From NCBI GenBank assembly GCA_045531965.1, contig JAZSFA010000078.1, positions 1,091 to 65,090 on the forward strand: 64,000 bases of DNA, given 5' to 3'. The position numbers and the translations under genes are program-made. The notes under the pieces were generated by a model. The model saw nothing but the letters and a program-made list of their open reading frames with translations, searched no databases and had not been told where the DNA came from. This document shows, piece by piece, positions 56,267 to 64,000 of the stretch; position 1 is the stretch's first letter, and each line of letters begins with the position of its first letter. This stretch comes from Eubacteriales bacterium. Lineage in GTDB: Bacteria > Bacillota > Clostridia > Oscillospirales > CAG-272.

Positions 56267-58201
56267 TTATCTTCTCTTCTCGGCGATCTCCATCATGATC
56301 TCACTGATGAACTGATCCACGGGCATGACACCCTTTTCACCGTCCTTGCGGGAGCGGACGGCCACGGCGTTCTGCTCGATCTCCTTACCGCCGACAACCA
56401 GCATGTAAGGCACCTTCTCCTGCTGAGCGGCGCGGATCTTGTAGCCCACGGTGTTGTTGGACTTATCCACCTCTACCCGCATACCCATCTGGGTCATGCG
56501 GTCAGCGATCTTCTGGCAGTACTCGATCTCGTTGTCACCCATGGGCAGGAACTTGGCCTGGACGGGAGCCATCCAAGTGGGCAGCGCGCCTGCGTAACGC
56601 TCGATGAGGTAGGCCAAGGTGCGCTCGTAGCAGCCCAGGGAGGTACGGTGGATGATGTAGGGCTTCTTCAGCTGACCGTCGGAGTCCACGTACTCCATGC
56701 CGAACTTCTCGGCCAGAAGCATATCGATCTGGATGGTCACGATGGTGTCCTCTTTACCAAAGACGTTCTTGTACTGGATGTCCAGCTTGGGGCCGTAGAA
56801 GGCGGCCTCGTCGATACCGATCTCGTACTTCACACCGAGGTTATCGAGAATCTGACCCATGACGCCCTCGGCGTGCTCCCACTGCTCGGGAGTACCCTCA
56901 TACTTGATGCCGGCGCGTGCGGGATCCCACTGGGAGAAGCGGAAGGTGCAGTTCTCCAGCATACCTACGGTGTCGAGAACGTACTTGGCCAGCTCCAGAC
57001 ACCCGCGGAACTCCTCCTCCAGCTGCTCGGGGCGGAGGATGAGGTGACCCTCGGAGATGGTGAACTGACGGACACGGATGAGGCCGTGCATCTCGCCGCT
57101 GTCCTCGTTGCGGAACAGGGTGGAGGTCTCGCCCAATCTCATGGGGAGGTCACGGTAGGAGCGCTTGCGGTTCAGGAATACCTGATACTGGAAGGGGCAG
57201 GTCATGGGACGGAGGGCAAAGCACTCCTTGGTCTCGTCGTCGGGATCGCCCAGAATGAACATACCGTCGAGGTAGTGATCCCAGTGACCCGAGATCTTGT
57301 ACAGCTCGCGCTTGGCCATGAGGGGGGTCTTGGTCAGGAGGTAGCCGCGCTTTTGCTCCTCGTCCTCCACCCAACGCTGGAGGGTCTGAATGACGCGGGA
57401 GCCCTTGGGCAGAATGATGGGCAGACCCTGACCGATGGATTCAACGGTGGTGAAGTATTCCAGCTCACGACCCAGCTTGTTGTGGTCACGCTTGCGAGCC
57501 TCCTCCACGGCGGTGAGGTAGGCGTTCATCTCGTCCTTGGTGGGATAAGCCACGCCGTAGACGCGCTGGAGCATCTTGTTCTTCTGATCGCCCTTCCAGT
57601 ATGCGCCGGTACATTGGGTCAGCTTGAAGGCTTTGACGGCACCCGTGGAGAACAGGTGGGGGCCTGCGCAGAGGTCAACAAAATCGCCCTGACGGTAGAA
57701 GCTGATGACGGCATCCTCGGGCAGTTCCTGAATGAGCTGGACCTTGTAGGGCTCGTCTCTTTCGGTCATGAAAGCGATGGCTTCCTCACGGGGCAGTTCA
57801 AAGCGCTCGATCTTGTGGTTCTCCTTGACGATCTTCTTCATCTCGCCCTCAAGCGCCTTGAGGACTTCGGGGGTGAAGGAAACGTCGGAGTCGAAGTCGT
57901 AGTAGAAGCCGTTGTCGATGGCGGGGCCGATGGTGAGCTTAGTGTTGGGATAGAGGCGCTTCACGGCCTGGGCCAGGATGTGGGCGGCGGTGTGGCGGAA
58001 GACGTGCTTGCCGTCGGTGTCCTCAAAGGTGAGCAGCTCCACGTCAGCGTCAGCGTCGATGACGTGGGTCATGCCCACCAGCTTGCCGTTGACGTGGGCG
58101 GCGATGTGGGCGCGGGTGACCAGCTCGGCGGCAGCCGCGGCGTCAAAGACCGACAGGGGCGCGTCGAAGGTCAGGAATTTTGAGTTGAAATTGATTTGCA
58201 T
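56267..58201 (-). CDS. thrS: Threonine--tRNA ligase
   Basis: 644 aa. TGS N-terminus, editing-domain FRHTAAHILAQA, class II core (FRNEDSGEMHGLIRVRQF, HRTSLGCYERTLAYLIE). SD AAGGAG. Confidence 0.97.
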   Translation of the reverse strand: MQINFNSKFLTFDAPLSVFDAAAAAELVTRAHIAAHVNGKLVGMTHVIDADADVELLTFEDTDGKHVFRHTAAHILAQAVKRLYPNTKLTIGPAIDNGFYYDFDSDVSFTPEVLKALEGEMKKIVKENHKIERFELPREEAIAFMTERDEPYKVQLIQELPEDAVISFYRQGDFVDLCAGPHLFSTGAVKAFKLTQCTGAYWKGDQKNKMLQRVYGVAYPTKDEMNAYLTAVEEARKRDHNKLGRELEYFTTVESIGQGLPIILPKGSRVIQTLQRWVEDEEQKRGYLLTKTPLMAKRELYKISGHWDHYLDGMFILGDPDDETKECFALRPMTCPFQYQVFLNRKRSYRDLPMRLGETSTLFRNEDSGEMHGLIRVRQFTISEGHLILRPEQLEEEFRGCLELAKYVLDTVGMLENCTFRFSQWDPARAGIKYEGTPEQWEHAEGVMGQILDNLGVKYEIGIDEAAFYGPKLDIQYKNVFGKEDTIVTIQIDMLLAEKFGMEYVDSDGQLKKPYIIHRTSLGCYERTLAYLIERYAGALPTWMAPVQAKFLPMGDNEIEYCQKIADRMTQMGMRVEVDKSNNTVGYKIRAAQQEKVPYMLVVGGKEIEQNAVAVRSRKDGEKGVMPVDQFISEIMMEIAEKRR

Positions 58202-58231
58202 GATAAAATATCTCCTTTTGCATCAAATACT

Positions 58232-58663
58232 TTATATATTTTGTTCCATCTCGGCGGTTGGACCGAAATTGATGTTCCAATCGGCGTAGGATGCCAAGGT
58301 ACCGCATTGGGTACAACGCTCGCCAATGTACACCCATTTGACATCGCCGTTGTCTCTGCGGAGGAATCCGACGCGAATATTGAAGCGGTTGTTCTTACAA
58401 ACAATACACCTTCTCTTTTTGGGATGGCACTCCGACCAGAGTTCTTCACCATCCAGTAGGATCTTTTTGGTTTTACACTCGGGACATATGATTTGGACAA
58501 CACCCTCGTCGCCGTCGATCCTCGCTTCAAGGGCGTCACTTCCGCACTTACGGCAGAGGACGGGGTGAACCTCCAAGGACGGCTCCTCGGTGTACTCATG
58601 AAGCCATTCTGTTATGTCATCGGGGGTATCGCCTGTCCAGTATTTCGGGGTTTTGTCGATCAT
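58232..58663 (-). CDS. Hypothetical 4xCxxC zinc-ribbon protein encoded between the thrS T-box leader and thrS
   Basis: 143 aa. CRKC...CPEC and CIVC...CTQC pairs. SD AAGGAG 7 nt upstream. Only 30 nt separate its stop from the thrS start. Confidence 0.65.
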   Translation of the reverse strand: MIDKTPKYWTGDTPDDITEWLHEYTEEPSLEVHPVLCRKCGSDALEARIDGDEGVVQIICPECKTKKILLDGEELWSECHPKKRRCIVCKNNRFNIRVGFLRRDNGDVKWVYIGERCTQCGTLASYADWNINFGPTAEMEQNI

Positions 58664-58711
58664 ATTTTTGCTCCTTGAATCGTTGTATGACGGACGAGAT
58701 CAGAAACCTTT

Positions 58712-58759
58712 CGGATGAGTAGCCGATAAAATGAACATTTTCCGAAGGGAAATGCACCT
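58712..58759 (-). repeat. Copy 1 of a 48-nt direct repeat in the thrS-operon leader
   Basis: Plus strand: cggatgagtagccgataaaatgaacattttccgaagggaaatgcacct. It matches 58801..58848 at 46 of 48 positions. It contains the hairpin CATTT(T/C)CC/GGGAAATG. Confidence 0.9.
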
Positions 58760-58800
58760 CTTTTGCCTTCCCTTGTAAGGGAAGGTGGCGCCGAAGGCGA

Positions 58801-58848
58801 CGGATGAGTAGCCGATAAAATGAACATTTCCCAAAGGGAAATGCACCT
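58801..58848 (-). repeat. Copy 2 of the 48-nt direct repeat in the thrS-operon leader
   Basis: Plus strand: cggatgagtagccgataaaatgaacatttcccaaagggaaatgcacct. The period is 89 nt. Confidence 0.9.
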
Positions 58849-58852
58849 AAAA

Positions 58853-59075
58853 GTCAAAACCCCGAAGACCATCTTTCGACAGCCTCCGGGGTGCATTTTA
58901 CAAAACACACGGTTCCACCCGAATATTTCACTCATGGGCGCAAAGCCCCTATTCAGTTGCATACGAAAGGGCGGTATCCGTCCAAGTCTTTGCGAGGGAA
59001 CTCACAGCCGCTCCGCTTGCGGAGCTATTCCCATTCTCTGTCGCTATCCCTCGGGGGACGTGTTCCTTTCGGTGA
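58853..59075 (-). promoter_or_regulatory. T-box riboswitch leader (probable Thr specifier) for the zinc-ribbon ORF plus thrS operon
   Basis: Minus-sense: AGAGA box, CTGTGA distal motif, candidate specifier ACU (58985-58987), T-box sequence ATTCGGGTGGAACCGTG (58908-58924), and terminator CCCCGGAG/CTTCGGGG followed by TTTTG (58853-58891). Confidence 0.8.
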
Positions 59076-59498
59076 TTACTTTTTGCGATTATAGGCCGAA
59101 CGGGGATTCATAATCTCGCGCCAGTCAAGATCGCCGCGATCCAGCGCCATGATCAGCACCTCGGCGGTGGCGATGTTGGTGGCCACGGGGATATTATACA
59201 TATCGCACATACGGATCAGCTCATGCTCGGTCTCGTCGTAGGCGGCGGTGGGACGGGTATCGCGGAAGTACAGAAGCACGTCGATCTCGTTATAAGCGAT
59301 ACGGGACGCGATCTGCTGCTCGCCACCCTGCTCGCCTGCCAACAGCTTTTCAATGGTCAGGCCCGTAGCCTCGGAGATGTACTTGGCGGTGATGTTGGTC
59401 GCGCAGAGGTTATGCTTGCTGAGAATTCCACAATACGCAATACAAAACTGTGTCATGAGTTCTTTTTTCAGGTCATGTGCAATGATGGCAATTTCCAT
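59076..59498 (-). CDS. mgsA: Methylglyoxal synthase
   Basis: IAIIAHDLKKELM, ATNITAKYI, LAGEQGGEQQIASRIA, IDVLLYFRD and NIPVATNIATAE parallel MgsA blocks. Confidence 0.88.
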   Translation of the reverse strand: MEIAIIAHDLKKELMTQFCIAYCGILSKHNLCATNITAKYISEATGLTIEKLLAGEQGGEQQIASRIAYNEIDVLLYFRDTRPTAAYDETEHELIRMCDMYNIPVATNIATAEVLIMALDRGDLDWREIMNPRSAYNRKK

Positions 59499-59659
59499 AA
59501 GCTACCCCTCTTTTCGTTTTTTGGTTTCGTCGTATCGAGATATGTAATTTTAAAACTACTCTCCCACTTTCAGTCTATTATACCACATCATCATCCCATT
59601 TGTCAATGATTTATACAAGATTTTTCAAAAAAAGTTTTATTTTTTGTGAATTTCATATC

Positions 59660-59688
59660 TTGGCAAGCTATAGAAAAGCGTGTATAAT
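59660..59688 (+). promoter_or_regulatory. Sigma-A type promoter for glyA
   Basis: TTGGCA, 17-nt spacer, TATAAT. Confidence 0.65.
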
Positions 59689-59765
59689 GTTATCATGGTG
59701 TGATATTTTATTTTGATCGATATCGACCGTATGTAACAAATCATATAGCAAGAAAGGGTATCCCT

Positions 59766-61010
59766 ATGATCAAGGAAATGAACCAATATCTGGCAACCCG
59801 CGATCCTGAAGTCGCCGCAGCCATTGAAGCCGAGCTGAACCGTCAACAAAACGGGCTCGAGCTGATCGCATCAGAAAACTTTGTGTCCGAAGCTGTCATG
59901 ATGGCAACCGGTAGCATTATGACCAACAAATATGCCGAGGGCTACCCTGCCAAGCGCTACTATGGCGGCTGCCATTGCGTGGATGTAGCCGAGAATCTCG
60001 CTATTGAGCGTGCTTGCAAGCTATTTGGCGCCAATTTCGCCAACGTTCAACCCCACTCCGGTTCGCAAGCCAATACCGCGGTGTACGTCGCGCTCTTGCA
60101 AGCGGGCGATACCGTCATGGGTATGAGCCTTGCTCACGGAGGTCACCTGACCCATGGCTCTCCCGTGAATCTGTCCGGGCTTTATTATAATTTCGTATCT
60201 TACGGTGTAGAAGATGATACGCACACCATTGATTATGACAAGCTGGAGGCACAGGCCAAAGAAGTACAGCCCAAAATGATCGTAGCGGGCGCATCAGCAT
60301 ATCCCCGTATCATTGATTTCAAGCGCCTGGCAGAGATCGCTCACAGCGTTGGCGCTTATCTGATGGTGGACATGGCTCACATCGCGGGTCTCGTTGCCGC
60401 AGGTGAGCATCCCTCCCCCGTGCCCTACGCCGACGTTGTCACCACCACAACACATAAGACCCTTCGCGGTCCCAGAGGCGGTCTGATTCTCTGCAACGAT
60501 GAAGAAATCGCTAAGAAGATCAACAAGGCCATTTTCCCCGGCATTCAAGGCGGTCCTCTGGAGCATGTTATTGCGGCTAAAGCTGTTTGCTTTGGTGAAG
60601 CATTGAAGCCTGAGTTCAAAGTTTATCAGCATCAAGTTGTTCTCAACTGCAAGGCTTTGGCCACTGCGCTTGTCGAGGAAGGCTTTGATCTCGTCTCGGG
60701 CGGCACAGACAATCACCTCATCCTGGTTGACCTCCGTCCCATGCACGTCACGGGCAAAGAGATGGAAAAGCGTCTTGACGAAGTGCATATCACCGTCAAC
60801 AAAAACGCCATTCCTAACGATCCCGAAAAGCCCTTCGTGACTTCGGGTGTCCGCGTGGGCACCGCCGCTGTCACCACCCGCGGTCTTGTCGAGGAGGACA
60901 TGAAGACCATCGCCCACCTCATGAAGCTGGTGGCTACCGACTTTGAAAACACCGCAGACGAATGCCGCGCCATCGTGGCAGACCTTTGCAAGAAATACCC
61001 CTTGTATTGA
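59766..61010 (+). CDS. glyA: Serine hydroxymethyltransferase
   Basis: [22 protein letters not shown], and [14 protein letters not shown] (PLP lysine). Start at ATG 59766. Confidence 0.97.
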   Translation: MIKEMNQYLATRDPEVAAAIEAELNRQQNGLELIASENFVSEAVMMATGSIMTNKYAEGYPAKRYYGGCHCVDVAENLAIERACKLFGANFANVQPHSGSQANTAVYVALLQAGDTVMGMSLAHGGHLTHGSPVNLSGLYYNFVSYGVEDDTHTIDYDKLEAQAKEVQPKMIVAGASAYPRIIDFKRLAEIAHSVGAYLMVDMAHIAGLVAAGEHPSPVPYADVVTTTTHKTLRGPRGGLILCNDEEIAKKINKAIFPGIQGGPLEHVIAAKAVCFGEALKPEFKVYQHQVVLNCKALATALVEEGFDLVSGGTDNHLILVDLRPMHVTGKEMEKRLDEVHITVNKNAIPNDPEKPFVTSGVRVGTAAVTTRGLVEEDMKTIAHLMKLVATDFENTADECRAIVADLCKKYPLY

Positions 61011-61024
61011 TCATGCTGTATTCT

Positions 61025-61061
61025 ACAGGCTGTCTTAACAATAAGACGGCCTGTTTTTTTC
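61025..61061 (+). terminator. Intrinsic terminator after glyA
   Basis: ACAGGCTGTCTTA/TAAGACGGCCTGT stem followed by T7. Confidence 0.9.
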
Positions 61062-61086
61062 ACCAATTCTTTTTTTATTTATCCTA

Positions 61087-61115
61087 TTGAAAAAAACAAA
61101 AGTTGGGAGTATAAT
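61087..61115 (+). promoter_or_regulatory. Sigma-A type promoter for the pseudouridine synthase / lnt operon
   Basis: TTGAAA, 17-nt spacer, TATAAT. Confidence 0.65.
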
Positions 61116-61145
61116 AGAGGAAAAGAATGACAAAGGACGGATATT

Positions 61146-62141
61146 ATGCGCATTTTAACCGTTAACAGAAACGATGCGGGACAGCGTCTTGACAAGTTCC
61201 TCTCCAAAGCCGTCAAGGGTCTGCCCCAGTCCCTCATGTATAAATTCATCCGCACCAAAAAGATCAAGGTCAACCGCGTCCGGTGTGAGCAAAGCCAAAT
61301 CCTTCGTGAAGGCGACGAGATCCAGCTTTTTATCAAAGACGAATTTTTTGACGCCCCCTCCAAGGACACGGGGGCTTTGTCCGCCATCCGTCCCAAGCTG
61401 AATATCGTCTATGAAGACGAAAACATCATGCTCCTGCACAAGCGTCCTGGCGTGCTTGTACATGACGATGCCGAGGGCGGGGAGAATACCCTCATCATGC
61501 ATGTGCAGGCTTATCTGTTTGAGAAAGGCGAATACGATCCCGCCAATGAACAATCCTTCGCCCCCGCACTCTGTAACCGCATTGACCGCAATACAGGCGG
61601 TATTGTCATCGCTGCCAAGAACGCCGAAGCGTTGCGGCTGATGAATGCATTTATCCGAGAGGATCAACTGTCCAAATTTTATCTCTGTCTCGTTCACGGA
61701 AAGCCCAAGGCAAGAAGAGCGACCCTCACGGGTTATCTAAAAAAAGACAGCGCCACCAATACGGTCCGCGTATCCGACGCCCCCTTTAAGGGTGCCAAAG
61801 AGATCATTACCAAATATCGTATCATTTCAGACAAAGTGGTTTCCGGAGATCCCATTTCTCTTTTAGAAGTGGAATTGGTAACAGGACGTACCCATCAAAT
61901 CCGAGCCCACTTGTCCCACATCGGTCATCCCCTGCTGGGAGATGGAAAATACGGTATTAACCGTGATGATAAACGACGGGGATATAAATTTCAAGCCCTG
62001 TATGCCTACCGTTTAATCTTCAAATTGGACTGTGAAGCAGGCGCGCTTGCCTACCTCAAAGGCAAGTCCTTCCGCATCTCACCCGACAGCATCTGGTTTA
62101 CCAAGGGCTATGACCTTTCCGCCCTTGAATCCTCAAAATAA
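61146..62141 (+). CDS. RluA-family 23S rRNA pseudouridine synthase (S4 domain plus catalytic domain)
   Basis: RLDKFLSK (S4), LCNRIDRNTGGIVIAAK (catalytic Asp) and GRTHQIRAHLSHIGHPLLGDGKYG. Confidence 0.9.
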   Translation: MRILTVNRNDAGQRLDKFLSKAVKGLPQSLMYKFIRTKKIKVNRVRCEQSQILREGDEIQLFIKDEFFDAPSKDTGALSAIRPKLNIVYEDENIMLLHKRPGVLVHDDAEGGENTLIMHVQAYLFEKGEYDPANEQSFAPALCNRIDRNTGGIVIAAKNAEALRLMNAFIREDQLSKFYLCLVHGKPKARRATLTGYLKKDSATNTVRVSDAPFKGAKEIITKYRIISDKVVSGDPISLLEVELVTGRTHQIRAHLSHIGHPLLGDGKYGINRDDKRRGYKFQALYAYRLIFKLDCEAGALAYLKGKSFRISPDSIWFTKGYDLSALESSK

Positions 62142-62151
62142 AGGAGTTTTC

Positions 62152-63765
62152 ATGTTAAAAGCTGAAAAAAACCTATGGTTTACCGATGCAATCACCAAGT
62201 ATCGCTGGTTGCTTTTGCTGATTGGAGCAGCCCTCATGGGACTCGCGGTGATCTTTCCGCAAGCAGGCTTTCTCCAATGGATTGTACTGGTGCCTGCCAT
62301 GATCGTTATTCTCATTAGACTCCCAGATCCAAAGATCAAGCTCAGACACTTGTACGGGATGGGTTTTTGCTTTTTTGCGTTGTACTTTACCATTGCCTGG
62401 CACTGGTTTCTTTGGATGTACCCTTTGGATTATGCCGGCTTGTCCAATCCCGCCTCCGCCGCGGTGGTCACCTTGGGTTCTGTTGGCATGGGCGCCTTCC
62501 AAGCCGTGACAGCGGCAGTCATCTTTCCTTTGTTTGGCTGGATCTGTCGATCCGAACACCTGTCAAAGCTGCCTTTAGTACACCCTTTTCTATTTGCAGC
62601 CTTATGGGTCATGGTAGAATGGTTTCAAGCCCATAGCGGCTGGTCGGGCGTGCCATGGGGACGGTTGCCTTTGGGTCAGGCAGAAAACGTGTTGATGCTG
62701 CAAAGCGCTTCTCTGTTTGGCTCATATTTCATTACGTTTCTTCTGATAGCTGTCAACGGTCTGATCGCTTACGGACTCATCTACAATCCCCATCAAAAGT
62801 TGGCGGGTATGCTTGCCATCACCATTGTCGCTGTCAATCTTGGGTTCGGTGTGGTCTACACCGCCATCCCCACAAATTCCGAAAGGACTGTCAAGGTTGC
62901 CTCCATACAAGGCAATCTGGCATCGGGGGAAGAATGGGGGGCTTTAGGTTCTGTCGACCGCGCACTAGAGACTTACAGCGAGCTGACCAGGCAAGCCGCC
63001 GCCGAAGGAGCGAAGATCGTTCTTTGGCCTGAAACTGCGATTGTCACTCACCTGACATACGTTGAAGAAGATCTGACAGCCTTAGCTGTTGAGTGTCAGG
63101 TAACCATATTGACGGGCATTTTCACCGATGCTTCCCACACGGATACCTTCAACTCGGTGGTCGCTGTTTTGCCCGATGGCTCTGTTTCGGCTACTGAATA
63201 TCACAAACGCAATCTTGTTCCTTTTGGTGAGTTTGTTCCGATGAGAGATTTCATCATGGCTGTTGCACCATTTCTTACCGAGATCAATACGCTGGACTCG
63301 GATTACGCCTTCGGAACAGATGCCACAGTCATTCCGTTGGAGACCGGAAAGGTCGGTCCTCTTATCTGCTTTGATTCGATCTATGAAAACAATGCCCTTG
63401 AAAGTGTCAAAAACGGAGCGGAATTCTTAGCTATTCCCACCAATGATTCCTGGTTTAAGGATTCCCGAGGTGTGTGGATGCACAGCGCTCAAGCACAGCT
63501 TCGAGCCATTGAAACGGGACGCTACGTCATGCGTGCCGCCAATACGGGCGTGTCCTCTGTCATCACTGACAAGGGGGAGGTTCTTGATTTTCTTGGCACC
63601 TTTGAAAGAGGATACGTTCTGCAAGAGATTCGGATGCTCGATCACACAACGCTTTACTCGATGATTGGAAATACTTTCGTTTACGCCTGCATGACATTTG
63701 TGATCGGATGTATATTCTCGCCTGTTTTTTCCCGTTTTCTCAAGAAAAAGAATCGCAAGGCTTGA
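62152..63765 (+). CDS. lnt: Apolipoprotein N-acyltransferase homologue (polytopic N-terminus plus CN-hydrolase domain)
   Basis: ATG 62152 after AAGGAG. About 7 TM. CN-hydrolase triad context: VLWPETA (Glu), YHKRNLVPFGEFVP (Lys) and PLICFDSIYE (Cys). Confidence 0.85.
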   Translation: MLKAEKNLWFTDAITKYRWLLLLIGAALMGLAVIFPQAGFLQWIVLVPAMIVILIRLPDPKIKLRHLYGMGFCFFALYFTIAWHWFLWMYPLDYAGLSNPASAAVVTLGSVGMGAFQAVTAAVIFPLFGWICRSEHLSKLPLVHPFLFAALWVMVEWFQAHSGWSGVPWGRLPLGQAENVLMLQSASLFGSYFITFLLIAVNGLIAYGLIYNPHQKLAGMLAITIVAVNLGFGVVYTAIPTNSERTVKVASIQGNLASGEEWGALGSVDRALETYSELTRQAAAEGAKIVLWPETAIVTHLTYVEEDLTALAVECQVTILTGIFTDASHTDTFNSVVAVLPDGSVSATEYHKRNLVPFGEFVPMRDFIMAVAPFLTEINTLDSDYAFGTDATVIPLETGKVGPLICFDSIYENNALESVKNGAEFLAIPTNDSWFKDSRGVWMHSAQAQLRAIETGRYVMRAANTGVSSVITDKGEVLDFLGTFERGYVLQEIRMLDHTTLYSMIGNTFVYACMTFVIGCIFSPVFSRFLKKKNRKA

Positions 63766-63828
63766 GTGGTGTCAGGGACGAAAAAAATATGAAGAAGTGT
63801 TAATTTTTGACGAATTTGTGAAAACCAC

Positions 63829-63857
63829 TTGACAATTCGATGACAAAAGAGTATAAT
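63829..63857 (+). promoter_or_regulatory. Sigma-A type promoter
   Basis: TTGACA, 17-nt spacer, TATAAT. Confidence 0.7.
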
Positions 63858-63914
63858 TTATACAAGCACAAATATCGTTTGTGCAAATCTCATTTCAACA
63901 AGGAGAAATCAACA

Positions 63915-64000
63915 ATGAAAAAGTCTGTTCGTATTTTGGCTGTTGTCATGGCTGTCCTGATGGTCACCTTGGTTCTGGCTTCCTGCGGCAAGACCATCTC
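63915..64000 (+). CDS. 5' end of a lipoprotein gene (continues beyond the window)
   Basis: SD AAGGAGA. MKKSVRILAVVMAVLMVTLVLASC|GKT is a signal peptide with a lipobox. Confidence 0.7.
   Translation, partial: MKKSVRILAVVMAVLMVTLVLASCGKTI

Noticed and set aside
56198-58183. A 661-aa ORF on the plus strand, opposite thrS.
   Set aside because: It is a shadow ORF created by the strong codon bias of thrS. Its translation is low-complexity (G/L/V/D/H-rich), it has no SD, and thrS on the minus strand has unambiguous ThrRS motifs.
58712-58848. A possible mini-CRISPR array, because two 48-nt direct repeats are separated by a unique spacer.
   Set aside because: There are only two copies. The spacer is 41 nt with its own hairpin. 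No cas genes are present. The location is inside an mRNA leader downstream of a T-box.
58660-58962. A 100-aa ORF on the minus strand covering the thrS leader. Its stop overlaps the zinc-ribbon ORF start (ATGA).
   Set aside because: It reads through the T-box core, its terminator and both 48-nt repeats, and it has no SD. The region is better explained as structured RNA. The ATGA overlap is probably coincidental.
59088-59093. TATAAT on the minus strand, inside the last codons of mgsA, as the promoter of the thrS T-box leader.
   Set aside because: There is no acceptable -35 at 16-18 nt (AGATTA or GAGATT) and no TGn extension. Read-through from mgsA or a promoter I cannot see is equally possible.

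Overview
This is about 64 kb of chromosome from a Gram-positive, Clostridia-like Firmicute. That assignment is inferred from gene content: T-box leaders, hprK, cdaA, a SpoVB-like flippase, a TepA-like ClpP, sigma-A type promoters and strong AGGAGG ribosome-binding sites. I count about 57 protein-coding genes. I found no rRNA, tRNA, CRISPR array, transposase or integrase. Most of the window is housekeeping: trpS and thrS (each behind a T-box leader), glyA, folD, lgt, lnt, rel, recJ, dtd, mazG, hprK, cdaA, pduL, mgsA, rtcB, a Ca-type P-type ATPase, an M16 peptidase pair, and M29 and M50 peptidases.

The stand-out region is 10.3-15.8 kb. It carries two secreted proteins with SipW/TasA-class signal peptides. 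It also carries an ER/archaeal-type (SipW-like) signal peptidase fused to an approximately 8-helix membrane domain. The fourth gene is a two-TM protein with a 119-residue Pro-Glu(Lys) rod encoded by about 59 tandem hexanucleotide units. I interpret this as a non-canonical TasA-like surface-fibre or matrix module.

Other points worth a second look:
- the thrS T-box leader is followed by a tandem 48-nt duplication and a 4xCxxC zinc-ribbon ORF placed between the riboswitch and thrS;
- a NifU-like plus GGGtGRT gene pair of unknown function;
- a NUDIX::C_GCAxxG_C_C fusion;
- an ECF-like sigma factor with a long C-terminal extension;
- cdaA without cdaR/glmM;
- a VTC/DUF4956 pair;
- an Lnt homologue.

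All family assignments come from motif recognition by eye. No searches or computations were run.
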